From Polymyxa betae A26-41 (lineage: Eukaryota > Protista > Endomyxa: Phytomyxea): a stretch of DNA of 64,000 nt. Under the pieces are notes generated by a model. It searched no databases, had not been told where the DNA came from, and saw nothing but the letters and a program-made list of their open reading frames with translations. Positions 63,821 to 64,000 of the stretch are shown one piece after another. A program made the position numbers and the translations under genes. The DNA lies in contig RBZT01000375.1 of NCBI GenBank assembly GCA_003693705.1, forward strand, positions 5,042 through 69,041. Reading direction: 5' to 3'. How positions within the stretch are numbered: position 1 is the stretch's first letter; every line of letters starts with the position of its first letter.

Positions 63821-64000
63821 GAGCATCTCCACCGCGGTGCTATTCCGAGGTCTAATGAATATAGACCCGTCACGGAATGCCCCACCGCGGGTCTATAGTC
63901 TATCTATTAAATAGACCGGTATATTTTTGCAGGAAATAGACCGCTGGCTATTCGAAGGTCTACGGAGTTGCGTGAGCGACATGACGGGAGTTCAATTCTT
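63821..64000. mobile_element. Probable left end of a PIF/Harbinger (Tourist-like) element
   Basis: TAA (63818-63820) followed by GAGCATCTCCA; subterminal (a)atagacc/ggtctat repeats in both orientations; partner TIR not in window. Confidence 0.55.

Noticed and set aside
1-64000. CRISPR arrays, rRNA/tRNA genes, operons, alternative genetic code
   Set aside because: No spaced repeats or RNA-gene consensus seen; the in-frame stops I checked in conserved genes are explained by short introns

Overview
Gene-dense eukaryotic (protist) nuclear DNA with about 28 protein-coding loci split by many very short (~45-60 nt) spliceosomal introns, so the ORF track is fragmented and I assembled the gene models by hand (boundaries approximate). 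The short introns, TTTAGGG/TTTTAGGG-like motifs and secreted ankyrin and Cys-rich proteins fit a plasmodiophorid-like parasite, but that is inference. Recognisable genes: Cdc15/MAP3K-epsilon-type kinase, PROSER3-like protein, myosin I, uL1, DNA ligase I, ArfGAP, NPSN-like SNARE, syntaxin-5, OSCA/TMC-like channel, PH-FYVE TKL kinase, EMG1, GST, Nup98-like nucleoporin, MIA40-like protein, RPL7, OHCU decarboxylase, LUC7, MED14-like and PTPA. Accessory DNA: a 1.1-kb TIR element with a perfect 9-bp target-site duplication carrying a C2H2 zinc-finger fragment, a decayed PIF/Harbinger transposase, a Tourist-like element end and a WD40 pseudogene flanked by tandem duplications. Most notable: a secreted precursor with two cationic CxxxC-type modules, a MIA40-like protein with CPPC instead of CPC, a FYVE finger nested inside a PH domain, and a Nup98-like gene lacking the autoproteolytic HFS motif and Nup96. 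No rRNA, tRNA or CRISPR features were seen.
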